Shown here piece after piece: positions 1-15,237 of a stretch of DNA of 64,000 nt; within the stretch, counting starts at the first letter, position 1, and each line of letters begins with the position of its first letter. The notes beneath the pieces were generated by a model that ran no database searches, was not told the DNA's origin, and saw only the letters and a list, made by a program, of their open reading frames with translations. The position numbers and the translations under genes were made by a program. The DNA is from the human T2T-CHM13v2.0 reference genome, Homo sapiens. Location: contig CP086569.2 of the NCBI GenBank assembly GCA_009914755.4, positions 22,656,001 through 22,720,000 on the forward strand, read 5' to 3'.

Positions 1-3000
1 GAATCCACAGGATAGTCCCATGATCGCAGGAGGGGGCAGACATGAGCCAGTCTGAAGAAATGTCAAGAACAAGCCCCAGGAATAAACCACGAAATTCCTA
101 AGGATCTAAAAGGAACTACAGGATTCCTCAGGCCTGCCTAGACTTTGTAGGGGGGGAGATTTTTGAAACTGGCCCCACTGTGATTTCTAGATACAGCATG
201 CCTGTTTTAATGGGGGTTGCTCTCTCCCTGGTAGGTCTTCCTGCAGAACCATGCAGCCTCAGGAGCTGCTGGCTGTATGTTTCTGTAAGAGTGTTGGGAG
301 TGGTCATGTCTGAGTGTGTGTGTGTGTGGCATTGTGTGTGTGTGTGTGTGTGGGAAGGGCAGGGGGGAATGTGCCTGTAAATGGAGTAGGCTTAAAGGAA
401 TGTGGCTAACACACTTCAGCACTTCTTTTTTTTGAGTCTCCCAACCTTTTGGTAGCCTGTGGTTGTGGCTCTGCTTTGGCTGCGGGGCTCTGTGTTCTTT
501 ATTTTTCTTTGGATCATTAATCCACAGTGAAGTGGCAAGCTGATCGAGACCTGCTGGCATCCAAATCACCTCCCCCTGAGAAAAAAAAAGCCACCCTTCT
601 AGAAAGAAGAGGAGCACACAACACCAAGAAAAACAGGCATCTCCCAGTGTTTCATTTTCCTGTGGCCAACCCTGGGAAAGACATTAACAGTCCTGTCCAC
701 AGTGCCCCTTGAATTTACCTCGAATTCAGTTCCCAGCTGAGCAGGTGTTTCACAACATGAAGGGGCACTCCTCCATTGTCTTGGGATTTCATTCTGGGAA
801 ACAGAGTTTGAGCAGCAATAAGGTCAGATAGGAGTGAGGATAAAATCTTGTGAGGGGTGGATGGGGTCCCACAACTTCACCTGCAAAGAAATGAAGACAG
901 GTAACAAAGAAGGCACTTCCAACTCCATCCTTGCATTCCCTTAACTGCACAAGCAGTCCACACCATGGCCCAGTGTTCATGTGAGAGTACTCCAACATGC
1001 AAGGAATATTTGGAGTGCAAATTGGGGTCAACCTGGCAAATTTCCGATTTGAGGGCTTTCATACCCCGAGCCAAATGAGATTGGAATGGATTGATGCTGG
1101 GTTTCATGTGGCCTCCACACTTACCTCTTCTTTTCCTGACTTCCATTTTCCCAGTCAGCCTAGGGTTTCCTGTGTCTGGCTCAAGGACTTGCACACTAAA
1201 CTCTTCCCAATTCACAGAGAATGACCCTCATAGGAATCCATTGCAAAAGTGCTTCCTTCTAAACACTGTCGCATTTTAATGACTGGGCAGCTTTGATAAT
1301 TTTAATACTGTAAAGTCCCATTTCAGCTGCCAACAAGGAAAGTCTTGTTCTCCTGCTTCTTTCGGAGGGCTGGATGATTACTTTATTATGAGAAGCAGGC
1401 AGCTGTGTTTGGCTTTTTCCTGGTAATCTAGTCTCTCTTTCATTTCATCTGCACAGGTTTCTCATTGTGAAGGGGCTCTTTCATTGAGATATTGCAGGAT
1501 GGGACTGTTTCTTGCTACAGATTATGTAGCTGCCACAGATTTCAGAGAGCAAAAGAGACGTTGGGTAAGCTGGCTGTGCTCCAGGTTGGGTGTCGTTCTC
1601 TCGTTATGGGAGTTGAAGTTGTTTGCACTTTGCAGGAAGCTTTACGGTCCTCTGACAGGAATCTTTGTACATTGCTTAGACTCAAATACAAGGTGTCTTG
1701 TTCTCTCAGGCGAGCTTTGATTTTTCTTTGCCTTCATGAGGAATCCACTGTGCCCCCCAACAGCACTACTGGACATCCCCATCACAACAGGCGGCCTCTG
1801 AGACACTGTCTCAACCTCAACTGCACCTGTGAGAGGCTAATCCGAGGTGTGAGAAAACTGCTTCACCGTGGACTTGCCTTTGTCATGGTTTCTGCCTTTC
1901 CCAGATAGCCCTGCAAGTCCCAGGATGAAGGGAGAAAGTGAGGTCATGAGCCTGGCCGTCTTTCACTGACACCCACCTCTAGGATCTCAGGTATGATTCT
2001 ATCACCTAAAGAACCCTTAATGACACAACAGAGTATGTCCCAATCCCCAAGGGATTCCATTCTTGCACACAGCCTCTTTTGGGCATGGAGTCAGAAGAGC
2101 AGTTTCCAGCAACTACCTCACAGTCTCAAAACGCCTCCTCCTCCAGTGGGACCGGTCCACGTACACAACCTGAAGTGGCCCTGAGGTGGAGATTTCTAGG
2201 GTCCTACAGCGGGTTTTTACAGGGAGCCTTTTTCCCGACATCATGCCGGCTTGGCCTGTACCATTTTCCTCTGCTTGCCTGCCTCAGGAATGTGCATGGG
2301 CTAGTCTCAGGTCACCAGCCGTGATTGTGAGCTCTGGCTAGTGCCATAATGAATGTCACCATTGCATAGCAACTAGTCCCTGCAGCTTAACAGTGAAGGA
2401 GACCCCCATGGGGGTGCATAGGTGGTGGACTCTCACCTGTCTTCTCTGTGGGATGCAAGGGATATTCCCATGACGCTAGGAGGGGACAGAAGTGAGCCAG
2501 CCTGAAGAAATGTCAAGCACAGCCCCAGCAATAAGCAGTGAAATCTGTAAGGATCCAAAAATCTCTGCAGGATTGCTCAGGTCTGCTAGACAATGTAGGG
2601 GTGAGTCTTTTTGAACCTTCTCCCACTGTGATTTGTAGGTACAGCCCACCTGTGTTCCTTGGGGTTGCTCTCTCCTGGGTGTGGCTTCCTGCAGAACCAT
2701 GCAGCCTCAGGAGCTGCCGGGCTGGGTGTTTCTGTGGGAGTGTTGTGAGTGTCAGATGCCTGCATGTGTCTGTGTCATTGTGTGTTTGTGTGTGCATGTG
2801 TGTGTGCCTGTAAGTGGAATCGGCTTAAAGTAATGTGGATAATGCACTTCAATCTTTCTTTTTTTGAGTCTCCAAACCTTTTGGTGGCCTGCGTATGGCT
2901 CTGCTAGGGCTGAGGTGCTCAGTGTTCTTTGATTTTCTGTGGATCTTCAATCCACAGTGAATTAGGAGGAGTGCCAAGATGCACTAAATCACCTCCACCT

Positions 3001-3036
3001 GAAAAAAAAAGCCACCCTTCTAGAAAGAAAAGGAGC

Positions 3037-3082
<46 letters not shown>

Positions 3083-6000
3083 TTTCCCAGTGTTTCACTG
3101 TCCGGCAGCTAACCCAGGGAGAGACATTAGCTGTCCTGCCTGCAGAGCCTATTGAATTTACCTAGAATTCAGTTCCCAGCTGAGCAGTTCCTTCAAGTTC
3201 TGAGGGGGCACTCCTCAATCGTCTTGGGATTTCATCCTGGGAAATAGAGTGTGAGCAGCAATAAGGTAAGACAGAGGTGAGAATACAATCATACAACCTC
3301 TTGAGGGGAAGGTTGGGTCCTGCAACTTCACCTGCAAAACAAAAATGAAAACAGATGACATAAAAGGTGCTTCCAACTCCATCCTTGCATTCCCTTAATT
3401 ACACAAGCCGTCCACATCTTGGCTTGGTGTTCAGGTGGGAGTACTCCAACGTGCAAGCCACATTTGGAGTCCAAAATGAGGCCATCCTGTCAAATTCCCC
3501 ATTTGAGGGCTTTCATACCCAGAGCCAAATGGGAGTGGAATGTGTTGATGTTGGGTGGGATATGGCCTCCAGACTTGCCTCTTCTTTTCTTTACTTCCAT
3601 GTTCCTCATTGGCCTAGGGTTTCCTGGGTCTGGCTCAATGACTTCCGCACTAAATGTTTCCAACTTCATGGACAACATGCCTGATGGGAATCCATTGTGT
3701 GAGTGTGTTCTTCTTAACACTGTCACGTTTTAATGATTGGGCTGCTTTGACACTTTTAAAACCATAAATTCTCACTACAGCCACAAACAAGGAAACTCTT
3801 TGTTTTCTCACTTCTATCAAATGGCTGCATGGTTCCTGTAGGATGAGAGGCAGGCAGCCATGACTGGCTTTTGCCTGGTAATCTAGCCCCTGTTTTATTT
3901 CATCTACATGGCCTTCTCATTGTGGAGGGGTTCTTTCTTTGGAACTGGATGGGACTGCGTCTCATCACAGATTATTCAGCTGAAAGTGATTGCAGAGAGC
4001 AAGAGGCACTTCAGGTAGGCTGGCTGCACTCCAGTTTGTGGGTTGTTCTCTTATTGTGGTTGCTGAGGTTGTTTGCACTTAGCAGGAGGTTGTTGGGTCC
4101 TCTCACAGAAATCATTGAACATTGCTTGGACTCCAGCACAAGGCAGCTCATTCTCTTAGGCAAGCTTTGATTTCTCTTTGCTCTCATAGGAAATCCTCAG
4201 TGCCCCTCAACAGCACTACTGGACATCCCTATCACCACAGATGGCCTCTGAGACATTGTCTCAACCTCATCTGCACCTGTGAGAGGCCAGTCCGAGGGGT
4301 GAGAACACTGATCCACTTTGGACTTGCCTTTGTCCTGGTTCCTGCCTTTCCCAGAGAGCCCCTGTGAGGCCCAGGATGAAGGGAGGCAGTGAAGTCAACA
4401 GCCTGGCCATATTTCGACACTACAACTGCCTCTGGGGTCTCAAGTATGATTCTATCTCCCAAAGAACCCTCAACAACACACCACACTATATTCCAATCAC
4501 CATGGACCTGAGTCTTGCACACAGCTTCTTTCAAGAATGGAGTCAGAAAAGCAGTTATCAGCAACGACCTCACAGTCGTGAATTGCCTTGACCTCCAGCG
4601 TGACCCGACCACAGAGATGACTCGAAGGGGCCCTAAGATCAAGACTTTCAGGGTTTCCCAGTGGGTTTTCGTAGGCGGACTTTTTCCCGATATCAGGCAG
4701 GCTCTGCCGGTACCATTTTCCTCTGCATAGGCAGGCTGACATCTCTGACAGCCTAGCGTGGGCGCCTCCATCGCGAATGCGCATGCGCTAGTCTTAGGGC
4801 ACGGGGCCTGAGCTGTGAGCTGTGGTTAACATCCCAATAAATGCCTCCGTTCCCTAGCCACAAGTCCCTGTGGCTCGACTTAGAAGGACACCTTGGTGGA
4901 GGTGCGTCGGCAGTGGTCTCTTGCCTGCCTTATCTGTGGGATCCATGGGATAGTCCCATGTTCCTAAGAGAGGTCAGACGTGAGCAGCCTGAAGAAACCT
5001 CAAGCAGAGCCCAAGGAATAAATCACGAAATCCCTAAGGATCTAAAAGGATCTGCATGATGCCTCAGACCTGCCTAGATGTTGTAGGGGTGAGTCTTTTC
5101 GAAATTTGCCCTACTGTGATTTATTGGTACAGCCCTCCTGTATTCCCAAAGATGCTGTCTCCCAAGTGGGGCTGTCTGCAGAACCATGCAGCCTCAGAAG
5201 CTACTGGGCTGTGTGATTCTGTGAGAGTGTTGCAATTGTTGGGTATCTGCCTGTGTGTGGCTGTGTGTGTGTGTGTGGGTGGGTGTATCTGTGTCTCTGT
5301 CTCTGTCTGTATGCCTATAAGTGGAGTCCGCTTAAAAAAATGTGGCTAACACGCTGCAGAGCTGCTTTTTGTATTTTTTGTTTTTTTATTCCTCCAAGCT
5401 TTTGGTGGGCTGTCTCTGTGGCTCTGCTTGGGCTATATGGCTCCGTGTTTTTTATTCATTCTTCTGTGGGTCATGAACTTATAGTGAATTGGGAGTTTGA
5501 CTGAGACCAGCTGGGATCCAAATCACCTCCCCCTGCAAAAGAAGCCACTCTTCCAGAAAGAAGAGGAGCACACCACACCCATAAACAGACATCTAGTGTT
5601 TCATTGTCCTGTGGCCAACCCAAGGAGGGATACTAGCATTCCTGTCTGCAGACCCCATTGAATTTACATCACATTTGGTTATCGGTTGAGTAGGAGCTTC
5701 ACATCATGAGGGGACAGTCCTCTGTCATCTTCGTTCTGGGACAGAGAGTGTGAACAGCAATAAGGTCAGTTAGGTGTGTGGATACAATCTGGTGAGGGGT
5801 GGATGGGGTCCTGCACCTTCACCTGAAAAATGGTGAAGACAGTTGACACAGAAGTTACTTCCAACTGCATCCTTTCATTCTCTTAACTGTACAAGCAGTC
5901 CACATGATGACCCAGTGTTGAGGTGGGAGTACTTCAACGTGCATGGAACATGTGCAGTGCAAACTGGGACCATCCTGGCAAACTCCTGATTTGAGGGCTT

Positions 6001-9000
6001 TGATAACAGGAGCCAGATGAAAGCAAGATGGATAGTTGCTGGGTGGGATGTGACCCCTACACTTGCCTCTTCTTTTCCTTACTTTCATGATCCTCATCCT
6101 GGATCTGGTCAATACCGTCCACACTAAATATTTCCTAGTTCACAGAGGACGACCCTCATGAGAATCAATTGTGTGAGTGTTTCCTTCTAAACACCGTCAT
6201 GTTTTAATGACTGCACATCTGAGATATTTTAAAACTGTAAATTCCTGTTAAAGCCACCAACAAGAAAACTCTTATTCTCCCACTTCTATGTGAGGGCTGC
6301 ATGATTCCTGTAGGATGAAAAGCAGGTAGCCATGTCTGGCTTTTGCCTGGTAATTTAGACTCTGTTTCATTGTGCTTGCATGTCCTTTCTCACTGAGGAG
6401 TGGGTGTTTCATTGGGCTGTTGCTGTATGGGACTGTCTCTCACCACAGATCCTTGCTGGAGATTTCAGAGAGCAAAAGAGACTTCAGGTAGGCTGACTTC
6501 ACTCCAGGTTGTGGGTTGTGGTCTCGTCTTGGGGATTGAGGTTGTCTGCACTTTGCAGATGGATTTGGGTCCTCTGAAAGTAGTGTTTCAGCATTGCTTG
6601 GACTTCAACACAATTCAGCTGATTCTCTCACAGGAGCTTTGATTTTTTCTCATTTTCATGGAGAGTACACATTGCCCCTAAAGAGTATTACTGCACACCC
6701 TTTTCAGGCTTACGGTCACAACAAATGGCCTCTGAGACACTGTCTCAACCTCATCTGCACCCATGAGAGGCCAGTTCGTGGTGTGAGAACACTACTCCAC
6801 CATATACTTGCCTTTGTCGTGGTTCCTGCCTTTCCCAGAGAGCACCTGTGAGGCCCAGGATGAAGGCAGGCAGTGACGTCCAGGGCACAGACATGTTTTG
6901 TTGACACCTGCCTCTGCAGTCTCAGGTATGATTCTATCACCCAGAGACCCCTCAACTACTCACCAGACTATATTCCAATTGTTATGGGACCCGATTCCTG
7001 CTCACAGCCTCTTTCAGGAATGGAGTTAGAAGTGCAGTTTCCAGTGACCAGGCCACAGTCTCAAATTGGCTCCACCTCTAGTGAAACCCGACCAAGAAGA
7101 TGGCTTGAAAAAGACCTAAGGGTGAGAATTTTAGGGTCTCTCAGTGGGTTATCTCAGGCAGCCATTTTCCCAGCACCAGGCCAGCTCTGCCTGTACCATT
7201 TTTCTCTGCTTAGACAGGCTGACAGCTCTGAGAGCTGGACCCCCAAGCCTGTGACACGAATGCAAATGTGCTAGTGTCCTGTCACCAGGCCAGAGTTGTG
7301 AGCTCTGGCAAGCGTCACAATGAATGACAGTGTTGCCTAGCAACAAGTCCCTGGGGCTTGGTGGAGAAGGAGGCCACCGTAGATGTGTACTGGAAGTACA
7401 CTTTCACCTGTCTTCTCTGTGGGATCCACAGGATGTTCTGGTTATCCTAGGAGAGGGCAGACACAAGCCATCATGAAGAAAGATCAAACATAGCCCCAGG
7501 AATAATCTGCAAAATCCCTAAGGATCCAGAAGAATCTGCAGGATGCCTCAGGCCTCCCTAGACATAGTAGGGTTGAGTCTTTTTGAAACTTGCCCCCACT
7601 GTGATTTCTTGGTACAGCCCACCTGTGTTGCCTGGGGTTGTTCTCTCCCAGGTGGGGATTCCTGCAGAACCATGCAGCCTCAGGACCTGCAGGGCTGTAG
7701 TTTCTGTGGGAGTGTTGTGAGTTTGGTTGTCTCTGTGTGTGTGGCTTTGTGTGTGTGTGTATGTGTGTGTGTGCATTTAAGTGGAGTCTGTGCAAGTGAA
7801 TTAGGCTAATGCACTGCAGCACTTTTTTTTGTTTCCCATCCTTTTGGTGGCCTGTGTGTCTTTGCTTGGGCTGTAGGTCCCTGTGTTCTTTATTTTTATG
7901 TGGATCAAGAATCCACAGTGATTTGGGAGGCTGGCTCTTACCTGCCATGGTCCAAATCTCCTACACATGCAAAAAAAACAGCCACTCTACTAGAAAGAAG
8001 AGGAGCACACCTCACCCAATAATGTACATCTTTGACTGTTTGACCTGTGGCCAACCCAGGGAGAGACACCAGCAGTTCTGTTGGCAGGGCCCCTTGAATT
8101 TACCTGTAATTCAGTTCACAATAGAGCAAGTGTTTCCCATTGTGAGGGAGCACTCCTCAATTATCTTGGGAATTCATCGTGGGACATTCAGTGTGAGCAG
8201 CAATAAGGTCAAATAGGAGTGAGGATACAATCTGGTGAAGTTTCAGTGCGGACCCACACCTTCACCTGCAAAAAAGCTGAAGACTGATGGTGCAGAAGTT
8301 ACTTCCAACAGCATCCCCACATTTTCTTAATTGCACAAGCCATCCACATCATGGCCTGGAGTTCAGGTGGGAGTACTTCTCCATGCAGGGAACGTTTGGA
8401 CTGCATACTCAACAATGCTGGCAAACTCCCAATTTCAGGGCTGTCATACCCAGAACTAAATGGATGTGGTATGGATTGATGCTGGGTGGGATGTGGCCTT
8501 CACACTTGACTCCTCTTCTCCTGACTTTCATTTTCCCTGTTGGCCTAGGGTTTCTTGGATCTGCCTAAATGTCTACCACAGTAAATTTCCCAGTTCATGG
8601 AGGATGACCCTCATTTGAATCCACTGTGTGAGTGTTTCCTTCTAAACACTGTCAAGTTTTAATGACTGGGCAGCTTTGATACTTTTAAAGCTGTAAATAT
8701 CAGTTACAGCTGCCAACAAGGAAACTCTTATTCTCCCACTTCTTTCAGAGGGCTGCAAGATTCCTGTATGATGAAAAGCAGGCAGCCGTGTCTGGCATTG
8801 CCTGGTAATCTAGCCTCTGTTTCAATTCATCTGCAAGTCCTTTCTCATTGTGGAGGGGCTCTTTCATTGGGTTGTTGCTGCATTGCATTGCCTCTCGCCC
8901 CAGATCTCTTGGCTGCCAGGGATTTCAGGGAGCAAAAGGGACTTGGGGTAGGCTGGCTGCACTCCAGGTTGTGGGCCATTGTCTCATTGTGGGGGCTGAG

Positions 9001-12000
9001 ATTGTTTGAACTTTGCAGGAGGCTTTGGGTCCTCTTACAGGAATCATTGAGTATTGTGTGGACTCCAGCACAAGGCATCTCATTCTCTTAAGGGAGCCTT
9101 GATTTTTCTTTGCTTTCATGGAGAATCCACAGTGATACACAACAGCACTACTAGACACCCTTTTCAGGCTTTCCATTGCCACAGACGGCCTCTGATACAC
9201 TGTCTCAATCTCATCTGCATCCGTGAGAGGCAAGTCCAATGAGTGAGAACACTGCTGCACCTTGGGCTTGCCTTTGTCATGGTTCATGCATTTCCCAGAG
9301 AGCCCCTGTGAGGCCCAGGATGAAGGGAGACTGGGAGGGCATGAGCCCAGCCATCTTCCTCTGATACCCACCTCTGGGGTCTCAGGTATGATTCTATTGC
9401 TCAAAGAACTCACAACAAACAACAGACTATATTCTGATCCACAGTGTACCTGATTCTTGCACACAACTTCTTTCAAGAATGGAGACAGAAGTGCCGTTTC
9501 CAGTGACCACTTCAGAGTGTCGAAAAGCCTCCTACTTCAGCAAAAGCTCACCACCAAGACAGCCAGAAGTGTCTCTGAGATTGAGACATTTAGGGTCCCA
9601 CAGATGGTTTTTGCAGGCAGCCTTTTTTCCGATACCAGGCTGGCTCTGCCTGTCCCAGTTTCCTCTGCTTAGGGAGACTGACAGCTCTAACAGCATGGTG
9701 CCCAAGCCTGCCACATGAGTGCACATATGCTAGCCTCAGAGCACCAGGACTGCCTGTGAGCTCTGGTTAGCCTCACAGTGAATTTAACCATTGCTTAGCG
9801 ACCAGTCCCTGTGGCTTGGTGGAGAAAAAGTCATCCATGGAGGTCTGTCAGTGGAAGACTCTCACCTGTCTTCTCTGTGGGATCCAGGGGACAGTCCCAT
9901 GATCCTAGGGGAGGACATACATCAGCCAGCCTGAAGAAACATCAAGCAGAGCTCCAGGAAGAACCTACAATATATCTAATGTTCCAAAAGTTTCCACAGG
10001 ACTCCTCAGGCCTGCCTAGACATTGTAGGGGTGAGTCTTTTTGAAACTTGCTGCACTGTGATTTCTAGGTACAGCCTGCCTGTGTTCTCCAGGTTACTTA
10101 CTCCCATGTGGGGCTTCCTGCAGAACTATGCAGCCTCAGGAAATGCTGGGCTGCCTGTTTCTGTGGAATTGTTGAGAATGTTTGATGTCTGTGTGTGTGC
10201 TGGACATTGTTTGTGTGTGTGTGTGTGCTGGACATTGTTTGTGTGTGTGTGTGTGTGTGACTGTAAATGGAGTCTGCTTAAAGGAACATGGCTAACGCAC
10301 TTCAGTGCTTCATTTCTTTGAGTCACACAACCTTTTGTTGGCCTGTCTGTGTGGCTGTGCTTGGGCTGCTGGTACCTGTGTTCTTTACTTTTCTGTGGAT
10401 CATGAATCCACAGTGAATTGGGAGGCAGGCAGAGACTCGCTGGCATACAAATCACCTCCCTTTGCAAAACAAAAAACAAAAAAAAAAAAACACCGGACAC
10501 AGCACAGTACACCAAAAAACAGACATCTCCCAGTGTTTCATTGTCCTTTGGCAAACTCAGTAAGAGACATTAGCAGTCCTGTCCACAGGGCTCCTTTTAT
10601 TTACCTCGAATTCAGTTCACAGGAGAGCAGGTGCTTCATATCATGAGGGTACACTCCTCCATCATGTTGGGATTTCATCCTGGGACATAGAGTGTGAGCA
10701 GCAATAAGATAAGATAGGGGTAAGGATACAATCTGAAGGGTGGATGGGGTCCCACAACTTCACCTGCAAAAAAAATGAAGACAGATGACACAGAAAGTGC
10801 TTCCAACTCCATCACCATATTCCTTTAATTGCACAACCAGTCCACACCATGGCTCTGTATTCAGGTGGGAGTACCCCAACCTGCAAGAAACATTTGGAGT
10901 GCAAATTAAGGCCATTTTAGAAAACTGACAATTTGAGGGCTTTCATGCCAGGAGACAAATAGGAGTGGAATGGATTGATGCTGGGTGTGATGTGGCCTGC
11001 AGATTCGGCCTCTTCTTCTCCTGACTTCCATATTTGTTATCAGCCTAGGGTTTCCTGCATCTGGCTCAAGGACTTCCACACTAATCATTTCCCAGTCACA
11101 GAGAACGACCGTTACTGGAACCCATTGCATGAGTGTTTCCCTCTGAACACTGTCAGGTTTTAATTACTGGGCTGCTTTGATACTTTCAAAACCATAAATT
11201 CCCATTACATCTGCTCACAAGGAAACTCTTGTTCTCAAGCTTCTATTCGAGGGCTTCATGACCCCTGCAGGATGAGAAGCAGGTAGTCATATTTGGCTTC
11301 TGCTTGGTAATCTAGCCTCTATTTCATTTCATCTGCATAGGCTTTTCATTGTGGAGGGGTTCTTTCATTGGGCTGTTGCTAGATAAAGCTGTCTCTCACC
11401 ACAGATTATTTAGATGTCAGGGATTGCAGAGAGCAAAAGGGACTTTGGGTAGGCTGTCTGCACTCCAGATTGTGGGTCATTGTCTCCTTTTGGGGGTTGA
11501 AGTTGTTTGCACTTTTCAGGAGGATTTTGGGTCCTCTGACAGGAATCAGTGAACATTGATTAGTCTCCAGCACACGGCAGCTCATCCTCCCAGGTGAACT
11601 TTGATTTTTCTTTGCTGTCATGGGGAATCCACAGTGCTCCTCATCAGCAGTTCTGTACACCCTTATCATGCTTGCCATCAACACATATCGCCTCTGAGAC
11701 AGGGTATCAACCTCATCTGCACCAGTGAGATGTCAATCCGAGGTGTAACAAAACTGTTCCACAGTGGACTTGCCTTTATCATGGCTCCTGCCTTTCCCAG
11801 AGAGCTTCTGCAAGACCCACAATGAAGAGAGGCAGTGATGGCAAGAGCCCAGCCATCTTTCTCTGACACCCGCCTCTGGGGTCTCAGGTATGATTCTATC
11901 ACCCAAAGAACCCTCAACAACCCATCAGATTATATTTCATTTCCTAGCGGACCCAATTCTTACACAAAGTTTCTTTCAGCAACGGAGTCAGAAGATCAGT

Positions 12001-15000
12001 TTCCAGTGACTACCTCACAGTATCGAAACGTCTTCTCCTCCAGCACAACCCGACCACAGAGATGGCACGAATGGTTCCTGAGTTTGAGACTTTTAGGGTC
12101 TTGAAGTGGGTTTTGACAGCCAGCCTTTTTCACAATAACAGGTCACTTCTGCCTGTACCATTTTCCTCTGCTTAGGCAGCCTGACAGCTCTGATGGCCTG
12201 GCACCTGAGCCTGCCTCACAAATGCACATGCACTACTCTTGGGGCACCAGGCCTCATTGTGAGCTCTGGCTAGAGTCACAACATATGTCACTGCTGCCTA
12301 GGGACAAGTCTCTGCAGCTTGGCAGAGAAGGAGAACTCCGTGGAAGTGCATCAGCAGTGGACTCTCGCCTGTCTTCTCAGTGGGACACAGGGCATATTCC
12401 CATGATCCTTGGAGAGGGCAGATGTGAACCAGCCTGAAGAAACATGAAGCACAGTCCCTTCAATAAATTGTGAAATCCCTAAGGATCCAAAAGGATCTAC
12501 AGGATTCTTCAGGCCTGCCTAGTTTTTGTAGTGGTGAATCTTTTTGAAACTTGCTCCACTGAGATTTCTAGGTAGAGCCCACCTGTGTCCCTGTGATCAT
12601 TCTCTCCCAGGTATGGCTTCCTGCAGAACCACACAGCCTCAGGATCTACCAGGCTGTGTGTTTCCATAGAATTGTTGCTAGTGTTGGATGTCTGTGTGTG
12701 TATATTGCATTGTGTGTTTGTGAGTGCTTGTGTGTGTGTGTTTGCCTGTAAGCGGAGACTTCTTAAAGGAATGTGTCTAATGCACTTCAGCACTTTTTTA
12801 TTGTTGTTGAGTCTCCAAACATTTTGGTTGCTTTTCTGCGTGGCTCTGCTTGGGCTGTGTGGCTCCATGTCATTCATTTTTCTGTGGGTCTGAATCCACA
12901 GTGAACTGGGAGGTGGGCAAAGACCCACCGGCTTTCAAATCACCTCCCCCTGCAAAAAAACAAAACAAAACAAAACAAAACAAACCTCTCTTCTAGAAAG
13001 AAGAGGAGCCCCTACCACATGAAAAACAGACATCTCCCAGGTTTTCATTGTCCTGTGGCCAACCCAGGGAGAAACCCTCACAGTCCTGTCTGCAGTGCCC
13101 CTTGAATTTACATTGAATTCGGTTCCCAGGAGAGCAGGTGTTTCACATTGTGAGGGGACACTTCTCCATCATCTTGGGATTTCATTCTGGGACATACAGT
13201 GTGAGATGCAATCAGTTCAGAAAGGGGTGAAGATACAGACTGGTGAAGGGTGGATGGGTTCCTGCAACTTCAACTGCAAAAAGATTGAAGACAGGTGTCA
13301 CAGAAGGTGCTTCCAACACCATCTCTACATTCAATTAATTACACAAGCAGTCCACACTATGGCCTGGTGTTCACGTGAGAGTATTCCAATGTACAAGGAA
13401 CATTTGGAGTGCAAATTGGGGCCATCCTGGTACACTCCTGATTTGAGGGCTTTCATACCCAAAGCCAAATTGGAATGGAATGGATTGATGCTGGGTGAGA
13501 TATGACCTCCACACTTGCCTCTTCTTTTCTGGACTTCCATGTTTCTCATTGACCTAGGGTTTCCTGGTTATGGCTCAAAGACTTCCACAGTAAACTTTTT
13601 CCAGTTCACAGAGAATGATCCTCATGGGAATCCACTGTGTGAGAGTTTCCTTCTAAACACTGTCATTTTTAATGACTGGGCAGATTTGATACTTTTAAAA
13701 CTGTAAATTCCCATTACATCCACCAGCAAGGGAACTCTTGTTCTCTCACTTCTATCAGAGTGCTGCATGATTTCTGCAGGATGAAAAGCAGGTAGCCGTG
13801 TTTGATTTTTGCCTCATAATCTAGTGTATTTTTCACCTCATCTGCATGTTCTTTTCACTGTGGAGGGGCTGGCTCCTTCATTGGGCTGTTGCTGCTTGGG
13901 ACTGCCTCTCCCCACAGAGTAGTTAGCTGCCAGGAATTTCAGACAGCAAAACGGACTTCGGGTATGTCAGCTGCCCTTCATGTTGTGGGATGTTGTCTCG
14001 TTGTGGGGGCTGAGGTTGTTTACATTTTGCAGGAGTCTTTTTGGTCCTCTGACAGGAGTCATTGAACATTGCTTGTACTCTGCCATAATGCATCTCTTTC
14101 TCTCAGGCAAGCCTTGATTTTTCTTTGCTTTCAAGGGGAATACACAGTGCCCCTCAACAACACTACTGGACACCCTTTCAGACTTTGCACTGCCACAGAC
14201 ATCTTCTGAGATACTTTCTTAACCTCATGTGAACCTGCAAGAAGCCAGTCCGAGGTGTGAGAACACTGCTCCACCTTGGACTTGCCTTTGTTGTGGTTTC
14301 TGCCTCTCCCAAAGAGCCCCTGTGAGGCTCAGGATGAAGGGTGGCAGTGAGGTCAAGAGCCTGACCATCTTTTGCTGGCACCCACCTCTGGGATCTCAGA
14401 TGTTTCTATCACCGAAAGTACCTTCAGAAACACACCAGACTATATTCCAATCCCCATGGGACCCTATTCTTGCCCACAGCCTCTTTGGAGAATAAAGTCA
14501 GAAGAGCAGTTTCCAGTGACCACCTCACAGTCTGAAAATGCCTCCTCCTCCAGTGGGACCAGACCACAGAGATGGCCCCAAGGGGCCCTGTCGTGGAGAA
14601 ATTTAGTGTCCCACAGTGGGTATTCGCAGGCAGCCTTTATTGCAACACCAGGCCAGTTTGGTCTGCAGTATTTTCCTGTGCTTAGGCAGGCTGACAGTTC
14701 TGACAGCCAGACATCCTTGCCTGCCTCAGGACTGCGCATGTGCTAGACTCAGGGAACGAGGCCTGATTATGAGCCCTGGCTTGTGTCAAAACAATTGTCA
14801 TCGTTGCCTAACTACAAGGCCCTTGGCTTGGCGGCAAAGGAGGCCTCTGTGTAGGTGCAATGGCAGTGGGCTCTCGCCTCTTTTCTGTTGGATTCTCCAG
14901 ATAGTCCCATGATCCCAAGAGAGGGCAGATGTGAGCTAGCCTAAAGCAACCTCAAGCACAACCCCAGGAATAAATTGTGAAATCTGTAAGAATCCAAAAG

Positions 15001-15193
15001 TATCTGCAGGATTCCTCAGGCCTGTATAGCTGTTGTGGGGGTGAGTCTTTTTTAAACTTGCCCCACTGTGATTTCTAGATACAGCCTGCCTGTGTTCCAA
15101 CAGGTTACTCTCTCCCAGGTGGGGCTTTCGGCAGAACCATGCGTCCTCAGTAGCTGCTGGGCTGTGTGCCTGTGGGAGGCTTGCGAGTGTTGG

Positions 15194-15237
<44 letters not shown>

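Noticed and set aside
4232-9476. 179-183 aa ORFs inside satellite units (4232-4771 minus, 8925-9476 minus)
   Set aside because: They are not conserved in frame or position across the other units of the same repeat, and stops interrupt the equivalent positions. They are chance ORFs in repetitive DNA.
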